Origin: Tubulanus polymorphus
Taxonomy: Eukaryota > Animalia > Nemertea
Assembly: GCF_964204645.1 (NCBI RefSeq)
Contig: NC_134033.1
Coordinates: forward strand, 5,728,231 to 5,792,230
Length of the DNA stretch: 64,000 nucleotides
Direction: 5' to 3'
Shown here in pieces: positions 21,349 to 33,700 of this stretch. Numbering within the stretch: the stretch's first letter is position 1; each line of letters starts with the position of its first letter. The position numbers and the translations under genes were made by a program. The notes beneath the pieces are model-generated. The model was not told where the DNA came from, did not search any database, and saw nothing but the letters and a program-made list of their open reading frames with translations.

Positions 21349-24300
21349 ATGAAGTTTATCATTGCGAGGTTGCTTGTTTTGGGGGCCACTATCGCCCTGC
21401 TTGACATCGTTGATTCAGTCCCTTTAGAAAAAGGTAATTGTCCCCATTTCAAATGCAATATGCACAATTCGACCCAAGTGATAGGCGTTCAATGTTGATT
21501 GGATCAAATTATAATTTTCCGATTTCATTTTGTTTCGATTTAGATCCAATCTCGGTTAGAAATCTCTTTAGCTTGAAGTCGATTTTCTTCTTTAGAGCTA
21601 TGAATATCCATTTTCGATCAAAAGCCGATTTGAATCATAATACAATTTCGACGCTTTTTCTTTAATTTCTAAAATTTTTTCAATGTATTTCATACCAGGT
21701 GCTGAAAGCGAAGAGCTGGACAACGTGGACGATCAGATAAACAAGATAAACGAAGGTCAGTTGTAATTTCGAATGTTATGAATTTCATTTCATTCGTTAC
21801 CTTTGGAAAACATTTGATAACAATCTCCAAATAAAGGCTCTACGTTCGTTCGCCCAGTGCATGCTAGTGATAGTGCAAGCTAGGACCGTAGTGCGCATTT
21901 CTCCTCACATTCAAATGAAAGCTATACAAAATACCTAAATTACTATGAATGACAATTTTTTTGATACAAACGATCTTTTTGCACGTGAACCCTAAAGATC
22001 GAGGTAAATTTGCCGAGCAATATGATTTGCCTAATTTCGGATGTGAGGCTAAAAAGTCTAATGAAATTGAAAAAGAACTTTTTGAAAATGAATTTGCTGA
22101 CACGGGGCACTCCTCGCTACGTACCTTTATTTCTACCGAGTTGATAAGAGTTGATTAGATAAGATAAGATAAGATGTATACACTCAAACCACGCTCAGTA
22201 GTACATAAGGATTAAGTATTTACAGTAAGAGCTAAGAAAATTATCATTATCACAAAGAATCTTATTATTAACATTTTGCACATCAGTTTTGTAAAATTTG
22301 TATCTACCTGCTTACGTTGATAAATTAGGTAGATAGAAAAAAATAGATTTAAAAAGTTTCCCTGTTGATACGCACGCCATCTAGCGGGATAGCTGCTGCT
22401 AAATCGGAGTCCTCTTTGCTACGTACCTAAATGTTAGTCTTCGTTTTTCGAATGTTAAGAAATTCGATCGGGGAATCAAATCCTGCTCGTCTCCTATATT
22501 TCAAGCCGTCCACGCGGAAGATGATTTGCTCGAAGGCGACATCCTGCAACCGCCGGCTTCCGTGTCGCTTAAACGATCGGCGACAACATCCAAAACCAGT
22601 CTATGGACCGGAGGCATCGTCCCGTACGAGATAGACAGCGTCTTCGATAAAGGTAAAACGTTCGTTACAATCGGGTCGATTCTGAAATAAAAAAAATTTT
22701 TGACGCCGCAAAAACCTTGTAAAGAAACATTCAATACGGGTTATCTGAAATAAATTCGACACACAATATGAAAACCATGAGTGATGGCAATGTCGCCTCA
22801 GGTGCGACTGACCTACTGACTTAAATGTTCGCTAGATGGCAAACTAGTCGAAGCTCTAACTGCACTGGCATGCTTTAGGGCTGTCTTACGGTCGTTGAAA
22901 TTCCTGAGCACTGATAAGTGGCGGGACTTGTTGAAACTTCAAGGCGTCGACTTACAAAATCAACTTTGCAAAACAAACGCCGGACTTATTAATTACTGTT
23001 GCTAGGCGGAAATAGATTTATGTATTTAACTTTTCTAGCCAAACAAAAACTAATCAGAAAAGCTATTGCTGAACTAGAAGAGAAAACCTGTTTACAGTTC
23101 CGGCGATTCAGAAAGAGGGACCGGAACTGGTTGAAATTCGTCAGAAAAAAAGGGTACGTTTATTGATATCATTATTTACCTTTTGTTTTATCTTGTTATT
23201 CATAACATCGACATGTGCAATATTCAAGCTTATTATACGGTAAATTACCCCAACCTACACCACCTAAAAGGTTGAGTTACAAATCACTCTATGCAGAAAA
23301 TTTCGATGTAGGATTGCTAGGTTCTTTTCCACAAGAATGCAGAAGTGCAACAATTTACAGCAGTTAATTCAAGTGATTTCCTCCTCGTTGATGCTTACTT
23401 GAGGAAATTAGCTAATTGTAATTGAAGATTCGACGATGATAAACGGGTAATCTAATGACAGGTGGTCCGAACTTTCTACTTCCAAAGCCTGAATTTCATC
23501 TAAAAGAAGGTCCTGGTAAGTCGGACCATATAGAAGGGCCGATTGGATTCACTTTTGATTTACGACCCATGCCACCAGCTATCCCACTAGAAGGCATGCG
23601 TATCGATAGGACAAAGTTCACTTCCAATTTACCTCCATCTACATGTTTAGCCCCCCCCCCCCATATCGGGCAATCCGTGTTTCCCATAATGAACTCAGAT
23701 TGATCTTTATGGTTCAAATGAAGCGTAAATCTTTATTCATCTGTTCGTGGAATTCGGAAAATGATAGACGGATTCTAATGAGAGCTACCAACGCTACTGA
23801 GGCAATCGAGTACACCAATTATGGTAGGCGAGGATCCTTCAGGTTCGCTAGTAATCATCGTTAATCAAAACTATACCAATCGCTGAGTAAAAAAATGTAT
23901 TTGAAATGTATTTGGTGGTTCGTGTTCTAAAATTACAGTAAAAGTTCATTGAAAATGAACCAATTTTGACAAACAAGACTAGGTACTCATCCCGCCATCT
24001 GAATCTGAAAAGAATAATGTATCGTTGTCCGGGTGCGCACTGGCGACACCTGGTGGATCCTTGCTTGCCACGAATCCTCGATAGCCAGAGTCGAAATAAT
24101 GTTCGAAATCTATTTCAGATGTTATTCGTTTGTCGGAAAGGCTTTCTGGCTAAAAGGAAGTCAGCCGATTTCAATCGGTAGATATTGTGAGAATCACGGC
24201 ATCATCATACATGAAATCATGCATGCGATAGGTACGTGAATTGATAATGATGATAGATTGATTGCGATTGTGTCCAGTCAAATAAGACCCGTACAATCAA

Positions 24301-25568
24301 GTATTTAAGACTGTATCCGAAATCGGATTAAACCCACACAACTGTGGAACTGGATTCCGACTCAAATTAAACCACGCAACTGTGGAATTTGGTTCAGACT
24401 AACATTAAAACCCCAGCACACTGGAACTGGATTCAGATTAAACCCAAATAACTGTTGAACTCGATTCAGAGTCGAATTAAACCAACGCTACTGTGGAACT
24501 GGGTTCAGAGTCAAACCCACATAAATGTTGAACTGGATCCAGAGCCAAATTCAACCCACACAACTGTGAAACTGGATTCACAGTTACCTGAAAACTGGGT
24601 CCGAAGCAAAAATGAACCCACAACATACCCGGAATAGAGATGTGTCGTTTAACTAATTTCATATCAATATCTTTTTTTCTCGTGTACAGGTTTTTACCAT
24701 GAACAAAGCCGAACCGACCGTGACGAATACATTACAGTGAAATGGGACAACATCCCAAAAAGTAAGTTCATTTCGAGGTTTATTCATAACTAAAGAACTG
24801 ACCCCTGTAACGTGATATTAAAGAAAATAGTTGATATTGAACGACCTTTCAGTAACTTACCCCTTTGCCGCGGTATTTTAACACCGTTTACATTAAACAA
24901 CCGTCAAGAAAATGGCCCCTGTACCGCGGTATCTAAATATTGTTTGATATTAAACAACTTATCAATAACTGACCCCTATATCACCGCAAACACTTGTTAC
25001 TATCAAAAACCTTTCAGTTACTGACCAATGTACCGTGATATTCAAACACGGGTTTACATAAACAACCTTTCAGTAACTAACCCACTGCGGCATTTGAACG
25101 ACATGATTTAGCATTTAGCGTTCAATAACAGACCACCTCTACCCTGTAAACCGGTTGAACATCACCGTCAGTATCTTCGAGTACCTGTGAACACTTTGGA
25201 ATTTCAGTGTACTAAAATCTAACGCTCACAATTTCAGATAGACACAGTCAGTTTACGATCAAGCGCAAAACGGACACTCAAGGTTTGCCTTACGACTTCA
25301 GCAGCTTAATGCACTACGGAAAATCGGCTTTTTCCAGAAACGGTAAACCGACCATCGAAGCTAAAGGAAATCCGAATCGAGACTTTGGACAGCGGAAAGG
25401 ACCGAGTGACCTCGATATCGCGGGAATCAACAGACTTTACAATTGTCCATGTAAGTTTGAGTGTAAAAAGCCGCCTTGAGAGTTGTATATATAATCATGG
25501 ACTCTTTAATTCTTCGTTTCAAGTCCATGGTAGAATATAATGTTCGCTTTTTTCTGTTCATTTCAGAG
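21349..25568 (+). CDS. Astacin-family (M12A) zinc metalloprotease: signal + pro + catalytic domain only; exons 21349-21433, 21699-21755, 22506-22652, 23039-23153, 24119-24231, 24690-24761, 25238-25450, short last exon uncertain
   Basis: Signal peptide MKFIIARLLVLGATIALL; pro-peptide LEGDI; KR|SA maturation site; WTGGIVPY; HEIMHAIGFYHEQSRTDRD zinc motif across exons 5-6; SLMHY Met-turn; GQR...INRLYNC. Phases are consistent. Confidence 0.92.
24325..24625 (+). repeat. 39-bp minisatellite; dispersed family
   Basis: Unit aaacccacacaactgtggaactggatccagagtcaaatt. Confidence 0.85.
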
Positions 25569-26424
25569 GACTTTTTCCCCGAACAAGAATACCTGATGAA
25601 AAAATACCAAATACCATAATTTGAATTCCTCGCGTGAAATAGGCATGTTTTGTTAGGTTGAGGAAATTCGGTTGTGAATAAAATCACGGAATTTGGAATA
25701 ATTATCGTTTTCGCATTCCTTCTCCTCCGAATTCGCGATATCGTCGTGAAAAAAGCGAAATCATTAGTTTTCGGTTAAAAATAGATTCAACGAACCAATT
25801 GTTAGGCTTAAAACAAAAATAATACCTTGTTTCTCCGCTCAGCTGAGCTTAAAACTTGACCCGGCCAGCTGCCTATCTACCCCATACATTACCTCCTTTT
25901 AAATCGTGTGATTTATATTACCATAACAAACCCGGCAGCTATAGAAATGAACTGATTACAAATTTGATTATATTTTACAAAAATTACCCAGCCGATAAGG
26001 AGAAACAAGGTACCATTTTTGTTTAGCCTTACTACGTTGCTAGTTGACGAATGTTTTTTTTTCGAAGTGTGAATGAAACGTTTGATCTCTTATGAAATAG
26101 TTATTTATATGTGACCATGAGAATGAAATTTTCTAGGGTGAATAGATCTTCAGCCTAAATTCAGCATTTTTTGGGCATGCGATTGTTTATTGATCCCCAC
26201 GACGCTACCATATAATGAGTCTGTCATCCAAGCTTCACACGTGTGTTCCGATCTTCAACCGGGAGGCATTTCTAACCGCAAGTGAACTACAAACGCAAGA
26301 TTTCATTTTGTCATCAGAGTTCTAAAAACTGATCGTCCACACTTCGCATAGTCATCCCTGCCTCCTGTTCATTTTGTATTTGTCTTGTGTGTCGTGTGTG
26401 CGTTCTTTACGCTACGAGTGACCC

Positions 26425-26645
26425 TTTCATTCATTCACCTTCATTCACCTTCATTCATTTACATTAATTCATTATTCACATTAATTCATTATTCACATTA
26501 ATTCATTATTCACATTAATCAATTAATTAATTCATTCATTAATCAATAAATCGTTCATTCGTTCACATTCATTCATTCATTCATTCATTCACCTTCTTTC
26601 ATTCATCTTCATTCCATCACCTCCACTCATTCATTCATCCATTCA
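26425..26645. repeat. (ATTC)n-based compound microsatellite
   Basis: attcattcattc runs and (ttcattattcacattaa)n. Confidence 0.9.
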
Positions 26646-27276
26646 ACATTTAAAATTTAAAACGAACTACAAACACAAGACATTGTTCATTTTACCAACA
26701 CCGTTTTTCTACGCGGGTGTTCGAAGTATGTTTACATTGAGAAATCATTCTATCAAAGCGGAGTTGAGTTAATGGGATACCGGCGACGCTACCGTTGCAA
26801 GTGAAATTCCACCAAAATCCGCCAGGTTCGCTAGTATATACAACACGACGTCGACGCTGGATTTCTTCTCAAAACTCGATCTTAAATCTAACGATAATTT
26901 CTCAAATTCTATGCATGATATACGAAAATCGTGGCACAAATGAACTCTAAAGACTAATCAGAGTTTATTTCAATGCATGATTTGGCCAATTTTGATTGGA
27001 AGACCGAAAGTTGAGATCAATTTTACTCGAAAATGAATTAATTTTGGTCGAGTGCATCAGATATATCAGTGGCGCCATCTGACGGAATAGCTGGTCCCCC
27101 ATTCACTTGCAATGAAGAAGAAATCGAAGTGTTGATATCAGCGGGACAATCAGCCCGAAAACACATGCCGTGAATTCGTGGAAGAAATCAATGTCAATCA
27201 CGTGTGACCACTCAACAGCTGGTCGACGTCACAAATTACGAGACAAGTTTAGAAGCGCCGTCCCGTTTGCTATGTC

Positions 27277-27349
27277 GCCTCCATAGCTCAGGGGTTAGAG
27301 CACTGGTCTTGTAAACCAGGGGTCGAGAGTTCAAATCTCTCTGGGGGCA
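27277..27349 (+). tRNA. trnT-TGT: tRNA-Thr(TGT)
   Basis: Acceptor stem GCCTCCA/TGGGGGC; A box TAGCTCAGGGG; anticodon arm CTGGT-CTTGTAA-ACCAG; T arm GAGAG-TTCAAAT-CTCTC; oligo-T terminator at 27360-27364. Confidence 0.96.
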
Positions 27350-27797
27350 AAATAAAAACTTTTTGTTTATCAAAACTAACTAAAAAATACTTTCTCAAAT
27401 TGATCTTCTTCGCTTCACAAGTGTCTAAAACTTCACCTGAGACATTTCTAATCGAAAATGAACAACAAACACCAGATATTGAACCTTTTATCAGCGTAGT
27501 TGAAAATAAACTGACCACGCCGACGCAATGGCAACGGCAAATGTCACGAGTGGGTTCAAGTTCCACGTTGGAGGTTGAAAACTAAAGATATCAACACTTT
27601 GTTAATTCTAAGGCTTGAGCTTTTAGGCTATTACTTCGCGTATCGGGTCCCAAATTCGAATTCTAGATACAAACTGTATTGATACGTAATCCCCCATACC
27701 GCGAAACTGGACACAGATAATAACTCTGTGAGACGAAAAAAAGAACGGACAAGGATTTACTAAATCAAGATAATTCATAGAACTATCATCGGTCGTG

Positions 27798-30700
27798 TTA
27801 TGTCTTCGACGTTTTGACATTGGCGAATCTCAATTTTCGATTTCGTTGAACTAACGCTTTACGCTCGTTCAAAGCGTCGCTGGTCATCGTGGTGGCGTTG
27901 AAGAAATAAAATGACGCGTAGCTGGGACGCCCGAGGAATGTTAAAGGGAAGTTCTCGATGAGCATCACCTCTTCCGTGTGCGGGTCGTCGAACGAGTGAC
28001 TGTTGCGACGAGCTGCAAATAGAAAGAATCGATGTTCTAGTAAGTCTGGTCGAAATGCGCCACGGTTTGCGAAACGACCTAATTTTACAATGTATAATGA
28101 ACACGCTTGACTCGTATTTAGTTGATTACACTCTTTGACCAGTAACTGTACTTGTTTTCATGCTTCGAAACCAATACAAGTTTTTAAGCTCATTTTGGTT
28201 TTAAGAATAATCCAGAACTTCAGACCAGTCTTATATTTAGCACATAGCTGATTTGACGACTTAAGATCTGTGTAAGACTATTTCGGTTTTCAAAGCTAAA
28301 TCTACCAATTTAATATCAGTCTATGCTCATCTTTGTTCTATAGTTTGACAATCTTACAACTTAAGCCCGGTCTAAGCTCATTTTGGTTCTATAGCCATTT
28401 TGACATCTATGACCAGTCTTATAAAGCTAATTTCGGTTTCATAGCCGAACTAACAACTTAGGACCAGTCTTAGCCCATAATGGTTCTAAAGCCGATAAAA
28501 AGCTTAAAACCAGTGTAAGCTCATTCTGATTCTTTGACCAAAACAAGACCAGTTTAAGCTCATTTTCGTTCTATAACCAATCTAACAACTTTCAGACCAG
28601 TTGAAGTTAAGTTTTGTACTGTAACCAATCTAGCAATTTATGACCAGTCTTAAGCCGGCTCAAAACCTTCGCGGCTGATTACGGTCTAGAATTAAGGATT
28701 GTACTCCATGCTTTGACTAATGATCATATTGCAAAAGATGTTTGAAAATTTGAAACGACAGACCTTCAGAGACGAAGAAACTGCCGAGACTTTGACCCAG
28801 TTCGATAGCGCTTGTCGTGTGCGGCGTGTTGGCTTTCATGTTCCAATGGAAACTGAATTTTTCCGGATGCCACTGAACCGCGTAGATCGGGTAGTTTCGA
28901 GCTGAAAAGACAAATACCAAGTTGTAGGTGACATAATTCATGAAGGACGCAAGGATCGTAGACGAGCAATCAACCAGGTGTCGGTAGTGTGCAGTAGGAC
29001 ACCAACTACAACTGCGACATAGGGGATTCCACTAGTGGCAAGTGATGATCCACCAGATGTCGGTAGTGTGCAGTAGGACACCAACTACAACTGCGACATA
29101 GGGGATTCCACTCGTGGCAAGTGAGGATACTCCAGATGTCGGTAGTGTGCAGTAGGACACCAACTACAACTGCGACATAGGGGATTCCACTTGTGGCAAG
29201 TGAGGATACTCCAGATGTCGGTAGTGTGCAGTAGGACACCAACTACAACTGCGACATAGGGGATTCCACTTGTGGTAAGTGTGAATCCACCAGATGTCGC
29301 TAGTGCGCAATTAACTACGACTGTGACAATATATGGTTTTACTTATGGCATTTCTTTCTTGAGGCTCGAACGTTGACATTTGAATCAAATAACAAATATA
29401 GTTCAAAAAGACGACGAATCTAAAAAATTAATTAATTTAGATCACGAAGTCCTTATTACAGCAACAATTCATTTGTAAGATTTATTGTCAACAGCGAATT
29501 GAAAATGACTCTCAGAAATCTAACACCACTTTAATGAGATTTTGTGAAAGTTTGCTATTGAGTACAATATAAATGTTACTAAATTGAATGTAAACATTGT
29601 AAACAAGAATTAATGGCAAATTTTGAAATATCTTATAATATGTAGTAAAATATCTGAAAGTTTACAAACTGTTTATAATCAAACACACTCCCAATACAGT
29701 CTGTTCTCAGATCAGATTTGACTCATTTCACTCCGAATCTAAAAAATGTTTCAGACAGTGATTTCGAAGTTATTGATATCTAATAAAATATATGTCTTAT
29801 ATAGGGCTAAATCCGGCGCAGCTGCTCAGAGCGCTTTACATTTTTTCAGTATTATCACCCTGGCCATTTTAATACGCTACAAGTATCAGTCATCTCTCCC
29901 TGGGGAGAAGTAACACCGAGCGCTAACAAGCGCTTAGGAGTCATCTATCAGGCCAGGTACCCATTTACTCCTTGGTGGCGGGAGGCGATGGGGATAACTG
30001 TCTTCCCCGATGACACTACGTTCGGGGTTCGAAGTGTTTGAAAAAGAACTAGTTTTGAGTTTCGTTAGATGTTTACTCGATATCTTATCAGATATTTCCC
30101 CAGGTGATAATTATACTATTTATTTACTTTTCATCGAAATAAACCGTACGCACCTTGCGCGGTGGATATGTACTCCGTGCCCCCGTCGTCCGTGTTCACT
30201 GAAACGACCTTGAAAAATTCTCGCATCGCCGGGGTGTTGTAGTACGTCTGAAAACGGACGAAAAGAATCGACGATTCAAAATTTGAAATAACGGTCGAAC
30301 CAACGACTTCAAAATTCTACCCAAATACTGAGTAAGAGTTTGTGAAATAAAATAGACTCTGTCTCTTACTGCGGTAAATTTGAGACCGGTAAAATTCTAC
30401 TCCGAGTTGGTGTCAAATAACTTACGAACCAACTACTTCAAAAAGTCGCCGTCTACATTTGAATTGATGAAAAACCGGCGAAAATTGTGATCCTGAAAAT
30501 CAAATCTGTTTTGAAAAATGGTTTATAATATTTTAGTCGAATGGTCGAATTGATCCCATAGCTTTCTTGACATCAGTTATGTCAATTGACAGTCAAAAAC
30601 AAACGACCAAAGATAATTTCCTTCAACGTCAAACTAGATTAATGAAGAAATTAAGAACTAAACCCTTTTATCGTCAAATTATGGGAAGTGGCTAATTAAA

Positions 30701-33700
30701 ATTAGTGACCTAAAAAAATCAAACGATCAATACAACAATTTCATTATTAAATTTCCAAAACGATTAATGTTTCGCTTGTTGACGTTGAACTAAATGGAGT
30801 AGTATTACTGGACACTAGATTTCTGTCCGCCTATTACCTTCATTGAGACGCAGAAATGATGCATATGCGGCATGTAGTTTTCGTCGAATAGAGCCGGTAA
30901 CTGGTCGCTGGGCACGTTCTGGTCTATGAAGCTGTTTTCATAATCTGTCATTTTTCACGAAAACAAAATTCGAATTTAGCCATACATTGGATTTAGTCGT
31001 AATGCAATACGAATTATTATTTATCGTTCGTTGTTGGTTCTCGGGCTCTCTGATGTCTTTAACGGTGGCTACAGAACTTTCCAACGAAGAGAAGCCGTTA
31101 ATTACCTATTCCCCTGTAGAATTTAGTTTGCTTGTACATCTCCTCGCATTTATAGGTGGCGTCCTCGCCGGCCAAATTGCTGAACAAAAACTGCAGCCCT
31201 AAACACGTCGCCCACACGGGGAAATAGTGCCCGTTTTCATTTTCCTAAAGAAGAAGAAATGTATGTATTTATCAGAACGTTTTGTTCATCTATTAATGCC
31301 GTTTTCCCTAAAAGGTTAGATGCTTTGTTCATTTATGAATGCCGTTTTCGTTTTCTTAAACGGGCGAATATGATTTGTTCATCAATTATCATCAAATCTT
31401 AAAACACATCTTTTTAAACGCACATATATCCCATGATCTTAATATTATAGATTGTGCCTTTCTTTAACTGCTCAGTATTTCTGTATTGTCTTAATGTGAA
31501 CATTGTAAAGTGCAGTGATTATTTTACAGTACTACTCTATAAAATAAAATAAATTATCATTATAATTACTATTATTATTATAATCATTATCATTTTTATT
31601 GTTATTATCATTAATGCCGTTTTCCCTATGCCCTTAAAGGTAAAATGCTTTGTTTATCTATAAATGCTTTAAAACGAAGAAAAAGTTTCTCGTTCCCTTA
31701 AACGGACGAATATGTTTTTTAATGCCACTTGCCTTTTTCTGAAAAAAATTATAGAGATATTTTGTTCACATATTAATGCCTTATTCGATTTCCGTACTGG
31801 CTAAAAATGGTTTGATCATGTATGAATGCCGCTTTTGTTTCCATTTAAGGATAGAGAAATGTCTTGTTTGTTTATGAATGCCTTTTATGAGTCGAGTTTA
31901 ACAATCGTGTGGGCGGGTTGATACCTTAATTTCCTTGAGGAATACAAAAGAACAGGACATTTTTCGAGGTTTTTCAAACTAATTTTCAGCTTCATTGAGT
32001 AGGAAAATCAATAAGTTAACATGCAAAAGATCTTCGTGAAATCCGCATGTTCTTTAGAATTCTCCGACCACACCTTACCTTGATGGCTAATTCTAAAAGG
32101 ATTTGCGCTCCTCGTCCGTAAGTGGAATCTAGAGGTTTCGAGTGACCCCCAGGTAGGTAAAGTCCGTTTAACTGCTTTACTATGCGTTCGTAGTATTCAA
32201 ACGTTTGGTTGGCCCTGAAAACGTAGATTATATGATCTGACAATCGAAGACTGAATCGGGATGTTACTTGAAAATTCGTTCCGGTGTCAGTCAAAATTAG
32301 CCAAAGAATTTTTCATCGATTTTTCAGACTCAATCTTGAAAAATTCGACAAGATCGGTTTGTGAAATTCCTAACCGAGTTTCGACAAACTGTTGATTAGA
32401 AGTCTGTGAAATACAGTAGACACTGTCTCTTACTGCGGTAAAGTAAGAGCGGGAAAATTCTACCCCGAGTTCGTCTCAAATACTTAGTAACAGTTTGTGA
32501 AATACAGTAGACTCGGTCTCTTACTGCGGTAAAGTTGAGACCGGTTAAATTTTACCCCGAGTTGATGTCAAATACTGAGTAAGAGTTTGTGAAATACAGT
32601 AGACTCTGTCTCTTACTGCGGTATAGTTGCGACAGGTAAAATTCTAACCCGATTTTGTGTCAAATACTGAAAATTACAGTAGATTCTGTATCTTACTGTG
32701 GTAAAGTCTAGTATATTTGTAAAATTCTACGGCCCGTTTCACGGTCCGAGTGTGTCGAAATATGACTTTTATTATTATGAATTGCTTAGCTAAAACTGGA
32801 AAATTGAACTGAGGATGCGCTGATACTGAGGAACTGAATCGTAAAACCGATTTGATGATAAAATGTCTTGTAAGTAACTTTTTGAGGGTTGGGGGAAATT
32901 CGGGATACAACTTACCATATTGGAATGACGTTGGCACCGGACATTTGAAGCCATCGCACGTGAGCCGGAAAGATGATGAAATCGCCGAAATTGAAGTACG
33001 GCCCGATGGCTTCCTGCGCCAGAATTCCTATCGAAAAGAGCAATACCAATGATCTTAATATCATCATTTTACTCTTTCCCTGCTAGAAGTGTACTCTGTA
33101 CACCATGCTGAAACTAGTGTCACTCGCGCATGGTGTACTCGCAGTACACGATATCATTTTAAAAATCTCATATAGACTCGTATAGACTCGTATGCCATCT
33201 ATCAGACATCATATGCAGTTTATATCACTAGCGCTATAGTGGAGATACCTCATCAACTCATTAGCGCAGTGTCAGTATTGATTGTGAAGTGCTGAGTGTT
33301 TGACCCGACGCGCACGACGCAGGGAAACATAGAAACACGAAGACAAGCATGATATTGATCAGGGAAATGTTGTTTCCTTAAAACCACGTTTTTCGTTTCT
33401 ATCTTAACCAGACGATTCGAGGTAACGCTCGATTACACGTTTCTGCCTCCGGTTTCCCTGCGTCGTGCGTATGGCCTGAGATGGCCTCCCGCAAATGCAT
33501 TTTTCATATTATCAATCTATCCCTTTATCAATTGAACTGCGTGGTTTGAGGAATGTCAGAAGCCAGAGCTTACCGATTACAGGTCTGAAATTCACCTCTG
33601 GTGGTTTGTTATCTGCTAATGCTGAAATATATAGACAAAAATGTATGTAACAAAAAAAATCATTAAAAACATTTAAATGTTTTTCCATCGAAAATTCAAG

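Noticed and set aside
28971-29352. CRISPR-like appearance of this and other tandem arrays (also 48440-49008)
   Set aside because: The units repeat in full with no unique spacers, there are no cas genes, and the context is eukaryotic.
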